Assembly: GCA_039683575.1 (NCBI GenBank)
Contig: JBDKRC010000302.1
Location: forward strand, 11,173-75,172
Direction: 5' to 3'
From: Armatimonadia bacterium
GTDB lineage: Bacteria > Armatimonadota > Zipacnadia > Zipacnadales > UBA11051
DNA length: 64,000 nt
Shown: piece after piece, positions 29,569 through 38,361 of the stretch
How positions within the stretch are numbered: the stretch's first letter is position 1
Layout of the letters: every line of letters begins with the position of its first letter
Program-made: the position numbers and the translations under genes
The notes under the pieces: model-generated
Databases searched by the model: none
Told to the model about the DNA's origin: nothing
The model's input: the letters and a program-made list of their open reading frames with translations, nothing else

Positions 29569-30252
29569 ATGGGAACAGTGCGTATACTGTCACATGCTGA
29601 GACGCCCTTTGCCGACCGACGCGAAGCCGGGAGGCTGCTGGGGCGCGAGTTGATGGAGTTCCGCGGGCAGCGCCCGGTTGTGCTGGGGATTCCTCGCGGA
29701 GGCGTCGTTGTAGCGGCTGAAGTCGCGGCGGAAACTGACGGTGAACTGGACATCGCGTTGGCCCGGAAGCTGCGCGCGCCGCAAAATCCTGAGTTGGCCG
29801 TTGGGGCCATGTCCGAGGATGGGCACGTCTTCGCCGATCAGAGCCTGCTGCGTTACGTCGGGATGAGTGAAGAGCGGCTGGCGCAGGAGAAAGAGCGAGT
29901 CCGGGGTGAGATTGAGGAGCGGCAGCGGCTGTATCGGCAAGCGCGAGAGAAGGTGCGGCTGGAGGGACGGACAGTGATTGTGGTCGATGACGGCCTGGCA
30001 ACCGGGGCGACCATGAAAGCGGCGCTATGGGCAGCGCGCAAAGAGCGGCCTCAAGTGCTGATCTGCGCTGTGCCGGTGGCAGCCGAGCACACCGTCGAGG
30101 AGATGGCGGATCATTGCGACCAGATCATCTGCCTGCGCGTGCCGTTCTACTTTGCCGCCGTCGGGCAGTTCTATGAGCGGTTCGATCAGACGGAGGATAG
30201 TGAGGTACTTGAGATCTTGCGGCGGGAGCAGGCACGTGTGGCGGTAACCTGA
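29569..30252 (+). CDS. Putative type I phosphoribosyltransferase
   Basis: FADRREAG, GIPRGG, VVDDGLATGATM (PRPP-binding loop), AVGQFY. Confidence 0.88.
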   Translation: MGTVRILSHAETPFADRREAGRLLGRELMEFRGQRPVVLGIPRGGVVVAAEVAAETDGELDIALARKLRAPQNPELAVGAMSEDGHVFADQSLLRYVGMSEERLAQEKERVRGEIEERQRLYRQAREKVRLEGRTVIVVDDGLATGATMKAALWAARKERPQVLICAVPVAAEHTVEEMADHCDQIICLRVPFYFAAVGQFYERFDQTEDSEVLEILRREQARVAVT

Positions 30253-30270
30253 GGCGGGAGTGTGGTGGCA

Positions 30271-30933
30271 ATGGATACGACGATGCAAGCGGCGACTGAG
30301 GTGGCGGTACAGATTCCGGCGGAGGACGCTATACTGCAAGGAGACCTGGCGCTGCCGCCGCAGCCCCGTGGGCTGGTGATCTTTGCCCACGGCAGCGGCA
30401 GCAGTCGGCACAGCCCACGCAACCGTTATGTGGCCGGCGTCTTGCAGCAGGCGGGTCTGGGGACGCTGCTCATGGATCTCCTGACTGTCGATGAAGAAGC
30501 GGTGGACCAGTACACGAGGCACCTGCGGTTCGACATACCGCTGCTCTCCGGGCGTCTCGTGGCCGCGACGGATTGGGCCAAGGACGAGGAGCAATTGCGC
30601 GGGCTGAACATCGGGTACTTCGGCGCGAGCACAGGAGCAGGGGCAGCGATCATGGCGGCGGTGCAACGCTCCGACCAAGTCAAGGCCATTGTGTCGCGTG
30701 GCGGACGGCCGGACCTGGCGGAAGCCGCTCTCGAACAGATTCAGGCTGCGACACTGCTGCTGGTCGGAGACCGTGACTACCCGGTAATCGATCTCAACGA
30801 GCAGGCCTTTGAGCGGATGAAGTGCGAGAAGCGGTTGACGCTCGTGCCGCGGGCAACGCACTTGTTTGAGGAACCGGGAACACTGGAACAGGTGGCGGAA
30901 CTGGCGGCGTCGTGGTTTGGCACCCACTTGTAG
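30271..30933 (+). CDS. Dienelactone hydrolase family alpha/beta hydrolase
   Basis: FAHGSGSSRHSPRN, GYFGASTGAG, VSRGGRPDLA, ATHLFEEPG. Start may be 30262. Confidence 0.88.
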   Translation: MDTTMQAATEVAVQIPAEDAILQGDLALPPQPRGLVIFAHGSGSSRHSPRNRYVAGVLQQAGLGTLLMDLLTVDEEAVDQYTRHLRFDIPLLSGRLVAATDWAKDEEQLRGLNIGYFGASTGAGAAIMAAVQRSDQVKAIVSRGGRPDLAEAALEQIQAATLLLVGDRDYPVIDLNEQAFERMKCEKRLTLVPRATHLFEEPGTLEQVAELAASWFGTHL

Positions 30934-31012
30934 GCGGAGGGGATGGGATGGAGAGCGAATTACGGGTCAGCTCGGCCATGCGGCCGAGCCGCTCCGGGGT
31001 ACAAAGTAATCC

Positions 31013-31900
31013 ATGAACGACGATATCGCTTCCCTCCTTGCCTACCTGGTCGCCGAGGTCGGCCTCTCTGCCAACACGATCGCCGCTTACCGGCGGGACT
31101 TGACGCAGTATGCCGATTACCTGCGGACGCGTGGGTACAACTTCTATGATGCCGATCAGGACGTCGTAACGGCATATCTGGGAGAACTGCGCAAAGCAGG
31201 GCGTGGCCGCGCGACCGTACAGCGCAAGCTCTGCGCGATCCGCCAGATGCACAAGTTCCTGGTACGGGAGGGGTTCGCCCACCAGGACCCCACGGCGGTC
31301 ATCGAGCCGGCACCCAAGCCAGTGCGGCTGCCGAAAGTGCTGACGGTTCAGCAGTGCCTGGACCTCCTGGAAGCCCCCAACCTGCAGACGCCGGAGGGGT
31401 TGCGGGACGCCGCGATGATGACGCTGCTCTACGCGACGGGGCTGCGGGTATCGGAGTTGGTGGGTTTGAGACTGCACGCGCTGGATGCCGAGGGACAGGC
31501 GCTGCGGGTGCGTGGCAAAGGCAACAAGGAGCGTGTGGTACCTGTAGCGCCGGTGGCGTTGGACGTGCTGCAGATCTACCTGGAGCAGGCACGCCCGGGT
31601 TTCGACAAATTCCCCAACGAGGATCACATCTTCCTGTCACGGCGAGGGCGAGGGCTCACAAGGGCAGCCTTCTGGCACAATCTCAAAGGTTACTGCCGGC
31701 TGTCAGGTGTGCCTGAAGATACGTCTCCACACACGCTGCGGCATTCCTTCGCCACGCATCTCCTGCAGGGCGGGGCGGACTTGCGCTCAATCCAGGAGAT
31801 GCTGGGGCACTCGAGCCTCGGCGTCACGCAGATCTACACTCACGTTTCGGCAGGACACAAGCGGGAGGTCTACGACAAGGCCCACCCGCGGGCGAAGTGA
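31013..31900 (+). CDS. xerD: Site-specific tyrosine recombinase XerD
   Basis: GLSANTIAAYRRDL, YATGLRVSEL, GKGNKER, SPHTLRHSFATHLL, MLGHSS..TQIYTHV, C-terminal HPRA. Confidence 0.85.
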   Translation: MNDDIASLLAYLVAEVGLSANTIAAYRRDLTQYADYLRTRGYNFYDADQDVVTAYLGELRKAGRGRATVQRKLCAIRQMHKFLVREGFAHQDPTAVIEPAPKPVRLPKVLTVQQCLDLLEAPNLQTPEGLRDAAMMTLLYATGLRVSELVGLRLHALDAEGQALRVRGKGNKERVVPVAPVALDVLQIYLEQARPGFDKFPNEDHIFLSRRGRGLTRAAFWHNLKGYCRLSGVPEDTSPHTLRHSFATHLLQGGADLRSIQEMLGHSSLGVTQIYTHVSAGHKREVYDKAHPRAK

Positions 31901-31906
31901 TGTTTC

Positions 31907-32021
31907 GTCATGCTGAGTAGAGCATGTTGTCATGCTGAGCACAGCATGTTGTCATGCTGAGCACAGCGAAGCATCCCTCGGTTTGCAGTGCCGGAGATCC
32001 TTCACTTCGTTCAGGATGACA
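31907..32021. repeat. GTCAT...ATGAC palindromic REP/MITE-like element with triplicated left arm
   Basis: GTCATGCTGAG at 31907, 31929 and 31951 (22-bp period); right arm GAGATCCTTCACTTCGTTCAGGATGACA. Confidence 0.8.
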
Positions 32022-32045
32022 GAGCGGCGGCTATCTCCCCGAAGA

Positions 32046-32969
32046 TCAGCGGCTCATCCGGCGCAGCCGCACCGTCTCCCCCGGCAACTCCATTGTGTGC
32101 ACGCTCTTCAGCCTGAAGCCCAGACCCCTCAGCGCCCGCTGTTTGCGCTCATCGGTCTCTGCCACAAGAGCCTGCCCGTTGGGGAAGTCGGCGGCGAGCT
32201 TGGTCAGCAGTTCGGTAAGGATGCCCTCGTCAAGGGCGAAGGCATCGAAGTAATGGCGATGCTCATACACCGTCGCCAGACCCACTGGCTTTGTCCCCTG
32301 CCGGGCCACGAGGTACTTGGTTCCCATCCAGTTGGTGATGAATGAGCAGAACCGTGTCTGTCCGGCGAAGGCGGGCAGCAGGCGGCTTTTCGTCACGGGC
32401 CGGCACATCAGGTAGTCCAGGCCTACGTAGTCGCGTGGTTCGACCGGGCCGTAGCTGAGCGGGGTGCCGTCAGCGCGGAAGTACTCCTCCTGGTAGTCGA
32501 AGTCCGGCTCGCGCACCATCCAGCAGCGCGTGCCCTCGTCGGGCTGGGCCATGGTGATCTCCCAGCCGCGGCGCTGGTACATTCCCACAGCCCGCGTGTT
32601 GCTGGTCTGAGTGGGCAGCATGACCATCTCGACGCCACTGCTCTCGGTGTCGTCGAGGTAGTTCTCCAGTAGTTGTCGCCCAACCCCCTGCCCCTGATAT
32701 TCGTCCTCAACAAGAAACCATCCCAGATGCGCGTGTTCGGGCGTTGCGTTGGAAACTGCCCGCCATACTACGCCGATACAGCGGTGGGCGTCGTCGTCGC
32801 GCGCTACGAAGAAGGTATTGTGGATGCCGGAGGTGTCGCCTGCGAAAACGCGCTGCAGCCAGGGCAGCCAGGGCGTTGTGGGAGATATGTTCTCCGGCTT
32901 GAGGTAGGGGTACCACTCGATGAAGTCCTTGCGGAAGGGTGGCGTTAGCTTGTAGCAGGAAACGGTCAT
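32046..32969 (-). CDS. GNAT family N-acetyltransferase
   Basis: VEDEYQGQGVGRQLL (Q/RxxGxG), NTRAVGMYQRRGW; second degenerate GNAT-like half. Confidence 0.8.
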   Translation of the reverse strand: MTVSCYKLTPPFRKDFIEWYPYLKPENISPTTPWLPWLQRVFAGDTSGIHNTFFVARDDDAHRCIGVVWRAVSNATPEHAHLGWFLVEDEYQGQGVGRQLLENYLDDTESSGVEMVMLPTQTSNTRAVGMYQRRGWEITMAQPDEGTRCWMVREPDFDYQEEYFRADGTPLSYGPVEPRDYVGLDYLMCRPVTKSRLLPAFAGQTRFCSFITNWMGTKYLVARQGTKPVGLATVYEHRHYFDAFALDEGILTELLTKLAADFPNGQALVAETDERKQRALRGLGFRLKSVHTMELPGETVRLRRMSR

Positions 32970-32985
32970 GTCTATCTCCAAAGAC

Positions 32986-33012
32986 AAGCGACCGGCCACC
33001 GGCCGGTCGCTT
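32986..33012 (-). terminator. Hairpin downstream of the prepilin-like gene
   Basis: AAGCGACCGGCC-ACC-GGCCGGTCGCTT, followed by GTCTTT on the minus strand. Confidence 0.55.
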
Positions 33013-33040
33013 CGATACTCACTGGTGGCCCCGGGTGCCC

Positions 33041-33664
33041 CTATGGCGTCCAGAGGTGATCGTGTCCGGTCCAGTCGAGGATGTCGCTAACCTTCATCCA
33101 CTTGGCGTGGCCATCGATGAAAGCGACGTTGTTACCCTCGTTGTGACGGGCTGGCCCGTAGGTGGCAGGGGTGTGGCCTGCGACACAGGAACGTGCCGAA
33201 CCCAGATTGCCGCAGCTCCCTGGGCCACAGGTTGCATACCGGACATAGCCGCCGCCCTGGGTGTCATGCTCCGTGAAAATCATCTTCTCGGATGGGTACT
33301 GGTAAGAACCGATGGACTTGTAGTCCATGCCTCGTATGTCCCAACCATAGCTCTGGTTCGTCCCGCTGTTGCTGGGGCAAATGTAAATCTGCGAATTCTT
33401 GATGTACGGGGTCAGGACGCCCATCCAGCAGTCACCATTGCTGGCAATAGCGGCGCCGCCGTTGTCACAATGGCGCTGGGTCCGTTCGTCATAGTCCTGC
33501 CAATACTGCAGGCAGGCGGTTGCCAGTTGGCGGCAGTTCGAGAGACAACTCGTCTGGCGGGCCTTCTCACGGGCCTTGGCGAAGACAGGGAACAGGATGG
33601 CAGCGAGGATTGCGATGATCGCAATCACGACGAGCAACTCAATGAGCGTAAAGCCGCGACGCAT
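33041..33664 (-). CDS. Prepilin-type N-terminal cleavage/methylation protein with DUF1559 and H-X9-DG domain
   Basis: [64 protein letters not shown]. Confidence 0.95.
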   Translation of the reverse strand: MRRGFTLIELLVVIAIIAILAAILFPVFAKAREKARQTSCLSNCRQLATACLQYWQDYDERTQRHCDNGGAAIASNGDCWMGVLTPYIKNSQIYICPSNSGTNQSYGWDIRGMDYKSIGSYQYPSEKMIFTEHDTQGGGYVRYATCGPGSCGNLGSARSCVAGHTPATYGPARHNEGNNVAFIDGHAKWMKVSDILDWTGHDHLWTP

Positions 33665-33864
33665 GATCTTTACCTCCTGATGATACCGTCTATATACCCA
33701 ATTCGCCAGGGCCTGTGCGAATTCCTTTCGAAAAGCTTGCGATTTTGGAAGGTCAAGATACTACGCAGGACTGAGGCGGCCCTGTGGTCAATAGAAGGGC
33801 AGGCGAGCAGGAGACAACACCTGCCGCTTAGGGTCAGCATTATCTGCTTAGGCGGGAGGACACT

Positions 33865-35184
33865 ATGGCATCACTGGAAGCGCTCAAGGCTCTGGCGAAA
33901 GATGAACTGGTGCAGCTGGCCGAGGAAGGTGCTGCTGTCGAGGACCTCGGCCGCGCTCTGCAGATGGCATACGAGAAGTCGGAAGACCTGCAGGTTGAGG
34001 CGTTAGACGTGTTCTGGCGCGAGGCTGCGATTCTGCGCGATAGTGCCGCGCGTGGGGCAGAGGAGCCCTCGGACCTCCAGGGCATCCAGGCAGCGAGGCC
34101 CGACGGACCACGCCGCCTGCCGATGGCTGATGGTGACAAGCTCACCGACCGCATTCATGGCGCCTGGCTGGGGCGCTGCGCCGGCTGCATGCTGGGCAAG
34201 CCGGTAGAGGGATGGACGCGGGAGAAGATCGAGAGACTGTTGGAGTCGGCCGATGCGTACCCGCTGGACAACTACTTCCCGGTGGTTGAAGACCTGCCCG
34301 AGGGTCTGCAGTGGCATCCCAGCGGCAATGACTGCCTTCTGGGCAACATCACCCACAGCGTTCGGGACGATGACACCGACTACACGATACTCGGCCTGCA
34401 CGTTCTGGAAGCGCATGGGCAGCAGTTCACGCCGCAGGATGTGGCGAACGAGTGGCTGCTGCGACTGCCGTACCATCGCACCTATACGGCCGAGAGAGTG
34501 GCGTATCGGAACTTCGTCAACGACGTCTGGCCCCCGGAGTCGGCGGTACTGATGAACCCGTACCGGGAGTGGATTGGGGCGCAGATCAGGGCGGATGCCT
34601 TCGGTTACTGCGCTCCTGGTTGGCCTGAGAAGGCGGCCGAGTTTGCCTTCCGCGACGCGATGATCTCGCACACCAAGAACGGCATCTACGGCGAGATGTT
34701 CTTCGCGGCACTGATTGCGGCCTGTCTGGCCATGCAGGACCTGCGCGAGGCGATAGAGGTGGCGCTGACGGAGATTCCGGTGAACTGCCGGCTCGCCGAG
34801 GCCGTGCGGGACATGATGATATGGTGCGACGGCTCATGGGAGCAGACGTGGGACCGGGTGATGGAGAAGTACGGGCACTACCACCCTGTTCACACCATCA
34901 ATAACGCCTGCCTCGTGCTGATGGGGCTGCTCCATGCCAATGGTGATTTCACGAAGGCAATCAGCATCGCCGTCATGGGCGGGCTGGATACAGACTGTAA
35001 CGGGGCGACGGCGGGATCGGTCCTTGGGGCGCTGCTGGGGGCGGAGGCACTGCCGGCGAAGTGGACGGAGCCGCTGGATGACACGCTTCACAGCGCGCTC
35101 GAGGGGATGAACGTAAACAGCATAAGCGGCTTGGCGCAAAGGACGGCGGAGGTGGCGGAGAAGGTGTTATCAGGTTCCCGGTAG
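33865..35184 (+). CDS. ADP-ribosylglycohydrolase family protein
   Basis: GAWLGRCAGCMLGKPVE, DDDTDY, IGAQIRAD, DTDCNGATAGS motifs. Confidence 0.88.
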   Translation: MASLEALKALAKDELVQLAEEGAAVEDLGRALQMAYEKSEDLQVEALDVFWREAAILRDSAARGAEEPSDLQGIQAARPDGPRRLPMADGDKLTDRIHGAWLGRCAGCMLGKPVEGWTREKIERLLESADAYPLDNYFPVVEDLPEGLQWHPSGNDCLLGNITHSVRDDDTDYTILGLHVLEAHGQQFTPQDVANEWLLRLPYHRTYTAERVAYRNFVNDVWPPESAVLMNPYREWIGAQIRADAFGYCAPGWPEKAAEFAFRDAMISHTKNGIYGEMFFAALIAACLAMQDLREAIEVALTEIPVNCRLAEAVRDMMIWCDGSWEQTWDRVMEKYGHYHPVHTINNACLVLMGLLHANGDFTKAISIAVMGGLDTDCNGATAGSVLGALLGAEALPAKWTEPLDDTLHSALEGMNVNSISGLAQRTAEVAEKVLSGSR

Positions 35185-35214
35185 GAGCGCTCCCCCGAGC
35201 GCGATACGAGGCCC

Positions 35215-36363
35215 TCAGACGTACTCGACCGTCACCAGCTTCCCCATCTTTTCCAGCTTCCCGGCCAGAAGCGGGACGATGTTCGTGCGGGTCAGCAGGC
35301 CGCGCTGCTGGAAGACTATGTCGCCGTGGGCGGGGTTCTGAGCCGCGCCCACGGTGAAGTTGATGCGGTCGGCTTCTCGCAGCAGGCGCTGCAGTTCGGT
35401 CACCCCGCTCTCCTCCTCAAAGCTCTTGGGATCCGCCTCCAGCACGTTGTACACCTGGTTGAGCGTGATCGCGCCCTCGGTGACGAGGTCTATGCCTTCG
35501 ATATAGTAGCGTGGCGGCGCGAGCTTGCTGCGCAGGTCCTGCTCGACCTCGAGCGGCTTTTCAACAAACCTCGCCACGATCTCGGCCGTCGTCGAGCCCG
35601 CCACCACCTTCCAGCCCTCACTGAGCATGAACTTCTGCGCCACTGCACGGTCATGCTGCTTATTTGCCGGTGGCCCGGTGAAGATGTTCAGCGTCTTCCC
35701 CCAGCGGCACAACGCCATGGCAACGGTGGTGTCATCCCCGCCGACTTGCTCCCACAGCTCCCTGGCACGGTCGTGGACGGCCCGCGCCAACTCCCGCAGA
35801 GGCCGCCGTTCGGATAGCAACTCGCGAAGGTATTGCTGCACCCCCTCGGTCTTCCAGCCATTACGTTGGCTCAGCCCCAACCCCGCCATGGTTACGCCGT
35901 CGCTCATGACCATGATCCCGTCGCCGGGAGCAAGTTGGGCGTGCGACTCGCCGATCAGGGCGTTCTCGACTGTTCGGGTGCGCTGGGGCAGTGGCGCGGC
36001 GTGGTTGGAGGTGACGAACAGGGGCGGGGGCATGTCATAGGACAGGACTGTTGCCTGCCCATCGTTGAGGATGCGGATGACGATGAAACACGCGTACGGC
36101 AGCTCAGTGCCGCGTACGCGGATCATGTTCTTGACGAGGCTGCCGAAGGCGTGGCGCAGCGTCGTGCCCTGGCGCAGGGCCTCCAGCAATCGCGAGGCGC
36201 ACATGGTAGCGGCGAGGTTGGCCTTGATGCCTGAGCCAAGGCCGTCGCAGAGCACGAAAGTGGTGGCAGCGGGGGAGCGCTCGAAGGCAACGAGGTCGCC
36301 ACAGGGGCTTCCGGGCTTCTTCGGCGACTGGGCGATTTCGATTTCTACGTGGATGTGGGGCAT
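35215..36363 (-). CDS. SpoIIE/PP2C family Ser/Thr phosphatase (hydrogenase-associated, HfsC-like)
   Basis: CGD, LCDGLGSGIKA, MSDGVT, GDDTT, LVTEGAITL motifs. Confidence 0.88.
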   Translation of the reverse strand: MPHIHVEIEIAQSPKKPGSPCGDLVAFERSPAATTFVLCDGLGSGIKANLAATMCASRLLEALRQGTTLRHAFGSLVKNMIRVRGTELPYACFIVIRILNDGQATVLSYDMPPPLFVTSNHAAPLPQRTRTVENALIGESHAQLAPGDGIMVMSDGVTMAGLGLSQRNGWKTEGVQQYLRELLSERRPLRELARAVHDRARELWEQVGGDDTTVAMALCRWGKTLNIFTGPPANKQHDRAVAQKFMLSEGWKVVAGSTTAEIVARFVEKPLEVEQDLRSKLAPPRYYIEGIDLVTEGAITLNQVYNVLEADPKSFEEESGVTELQRLLREADRINFTVGAAQNPAHGDIVFQQRGLLTRTNIVPLLAGKLEKMGKLVTVEYV

Positions 36364-36373
36364 TTGAGGTATG

Positions 36374-36460
36374 GCTGTAGGGCGGGGGCTGTACCCCGCC
36401 GCGCGTGGCGACTTGTGATCGTAGATAAGGCGGCGGGGAACGGAGCCCCCGCCCTACAGC
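36374..36460. repeat. GTAG-type REP-like inverted repeat
   Basis: GCTGTAGGGCGGGGGCT...AGCCCCCGCCCTACAGC, 17-bp perfect arms extended by CCCCGCCGC/GCGGCGGGG. Confidence 0.8.
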
Positions 36461-36468
36461 GCTCCAGT

Positions 36469-38244
36469 TCACCGGAGCGTGTAGGTGTCCCAGAGCCAAT
36501 CCTTACCCTCGTCCTCCGGCTTATCCTGATCGCCTGTCATTTCCATCAGATTCTCGACGAGTTGCTCTCCCTGCGCGGTGCTTTCGCCGAGGAACTGGGC
36601 AATCTTCTGAGCCATGCTGATCTGGTGCTCAAGCAGTTCCCGTGCCTGCGAAAGCGTCTGTGCGCGGAGTGTGTCGAGCTGCTTCTGGCTGTCGTGGGTG
36701 GAGGTGATGTTGACGAAGATACCAACATACTGCCGCTGCTCGCGCAGGGCGTACATGATCTGGTGCGTGACCAGCTTGTAGCGGTCATGTCGCGCGGTCA
36801 TCTCGATGACTTCCTCTTCACCGGAGATGAGTCGCTCGAAGGGGTCCGGGTCCATCAGGTACGAAATCGGCTTGCCCAGGCAGGCCTCTGAACACATGAA
36901 GAACTTGCGGAAAGTGGGGTTCATCGCGATGATCGTGAGCTTCTCATCGAGGATCACGATGCCGTTGGGACTGGTCTCCATGATGAGGTCAGAGCGCTGC
37001 TCGGCCAGGCGCTTCATGTATGGGATGCACATCTCCGGCTCAGCCAGACCACGCAGCACCGCGATGGCTTTGTCGCGACAGGAGTTGTAGCCGCAGGCGC
37101 CGCAGTTCAGCTCATCTTCGGCGGTCAGCTTGCCGGTGAGGGCCAGGATCCGCTTTATGTCTTCCTCTCGCACCGGCTTGTCCTCATCGAGGCGGGTGGC
37201 GGAGAATGCGGCATGAAGCGGTTCAGCCTCGGTTGGGCCTCCCTCAGCCCCGGGGTGCTCTGCGGCATAGCCAAGGAGGGCCTGCCGGCGCTCGTAGACG
37301 TTGCGGTCGGCCGTCATTGCCGGGCCATTGACGCAGCCCTGCAGACAGAAAAGCGGCTCGATGACCACCGGGCGGGGGTTGTCACGCAGACTGTCGAGTA
37401 CATCACGCACCTCCTCCACACCGCTGACGGAGATAACGTCACCGGAGGTGACATCGGTGCTGAGGGCGGAGGTGCGGATGCTGCCACCCACGACGGGGAA
37501 AAACCGCGCCTCTCCCTCTGGCTCCTGGTCAAAGTTACTCTCTTCACACGCAGCCAGGGAGATATCATCGCGCTCAAGCCATTCGGCCAGTTCACGGAAG
37601 GTGAGCACGCAATCCACGAGCCCGGCATGCTCAGGCCGGTCCGCCTCCGCTTTCTTGGCCACGCACGGGCCGATGAAGACGACTTTGCTGTCCGGGCCCA
37701 GCTTCTCCTTTATCTGGCGGGCGTGGGCGATCATGGGGGAGACTATGGGAACGAGGGTGTCCACCAGTTCCGGCCGGTAGCGCTCGACGTAGCTGACAAC
37801 GGCGGGGCAGGCGGTGCAGACGTGGGGCTTGCCGACGTGCTCGCTGACAAACTGCGCGGTAGCGACGGCGACCTGATAGGCGCCGATGGCGGTCTCGGCC
37901 ACGTAAGAGAAGCCAAGCTTGCGCAGAGCCGAGGGCAGGCGCTTGCGTTCCCAGTCGGAGTAGGCGGCGGCAAAAGAGGGGGCGAGGCTGACGGCGACGG
38001 GCTTGCCGGAGGAGATAAGCCGCACGGCACGCTCGATGTCGTTGCGGAACTGCTTGGCACCCTGTGGGCATTCGCGAATGCAGGTGCCGCAGGCGAGGCA
38101 GCGGTTTTCCTCAACGAACGCCTGCCCCTTGTGCATGGAGATGGCCTTCACCGGGCAGACGCGCACACACCGGTAGCAGTCGCGACAGCGCGCCTTATTG
38201 GTGAAAACTACCTGAGAGGGATTGTGTTGGCGGTCAGGTGCCAT
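36469..38244 (-). CDS. hydS: Putative sensory [FeFe]-hydrogenase, group C (HydS/HfsB-like) with FeS and PAS domains
   Basis: 2x[4Fe-4S] N-terminus; variant H-cluster motifs CTACPAV, GPCVAKKAE, EPLFCLQGCVNGP; CGACGYNSC; PAS segment SPNGIVILD..MNPTF. Confidence 0.85.
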   Translation of the reverse strand: MAPDRQHNPSQVVFTNKARCRDCYRCVRVCPVKAISMHKGQAFVEENRCLACGTCIRECPQGAKQFRNDIERAVRLISSGKPVAVSLAPSFAAAYSDWERKRLPSALRKLGFSYVAETAIGAYQVAVATAQFVSEHVGKPHVCTACPAVVSYVERYRPELVDTLVPIVSPMIAHARQIKEKLGPDSKVVFIGPCVAKKAEADRPEHAGLVDCVLTFRELAEWLERDDISLAACEESNFDQEPEGEARFFPVVGGSIRTSALSTDVTSGDVISVSGVEEVRDVLDSLRDNPRPVVIEPLFCLQGCVNGPAMTADRNVYERRQALLGYAAEHPGAEGGPTEAEPLHAAFSATRLDEDKPVREEDIKRILALTGKLTAEDELNCGACGYNSCRDKAIAVLRGLAEPEMCIPYMKRLAEQRSDLIMETSPNGIVILDEKLTIIAMNPTFRKFFMCSEACLGKPISYLMDPDPFERLISGEEEVIEMTARHDRYKLVTHQIMYALREQRQYVGIFVNITSTHDSQKQLDTLRAQTLSQARELLEHQISMAQKIAQFLGESTAQGEQLVENLMEMTGDQDKPEDEGKDWLWDTYTLR

Positions 38245-38268
38245 GATGGTTGGACTATCATCCAGGAC

Positions 38269-38337
38269 GCGTAGGCGGATTCATCCCTGAGCCCGCGCCG
38301 TTGCGGGGGCGTCGGTTCGAGACGAACCGACCTACGC
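38269..38337. repeat. GTAG-type REP doublet, copy 1
   Basis: GTAGGCGGATTCATCCCTGAGCCCGC...GTCGGTTCGAGACGAACCGACCTAC; a second copy lies at 59403. Confidence 0.85.
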
Positions 38338-38361
38338 GCCTGTTACATTGTTATTGTTAGA

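Noticed and set aside
31013-31900. Phage or island integrase
   Set aside because: Size and motifs match housekeeping XerD; no att/tRNA site, phage genes or dif-like sequence nearby.
31907-31972. Possible mini-CRISPR
   Set aside because: 22-bp tandem units without unique spacers; no cas genes.
33865-35184. DraG-like regulator of the hydrogenase, or antidote to the 7-kb ART-like toxin
   Set aside because: Convergent to the hyd operon, no DraT present, 26 kb from the toxin, and it looks like the long catabolic-type subfamily; adjacency alone is insufficient.
36460-36499. Alternative-frame MALGHLHA at the end of hydS resembling the spoIIE start MPHIHV
   Set aside because: Similarity is too short and out of frame with spoIIE; could be chance.
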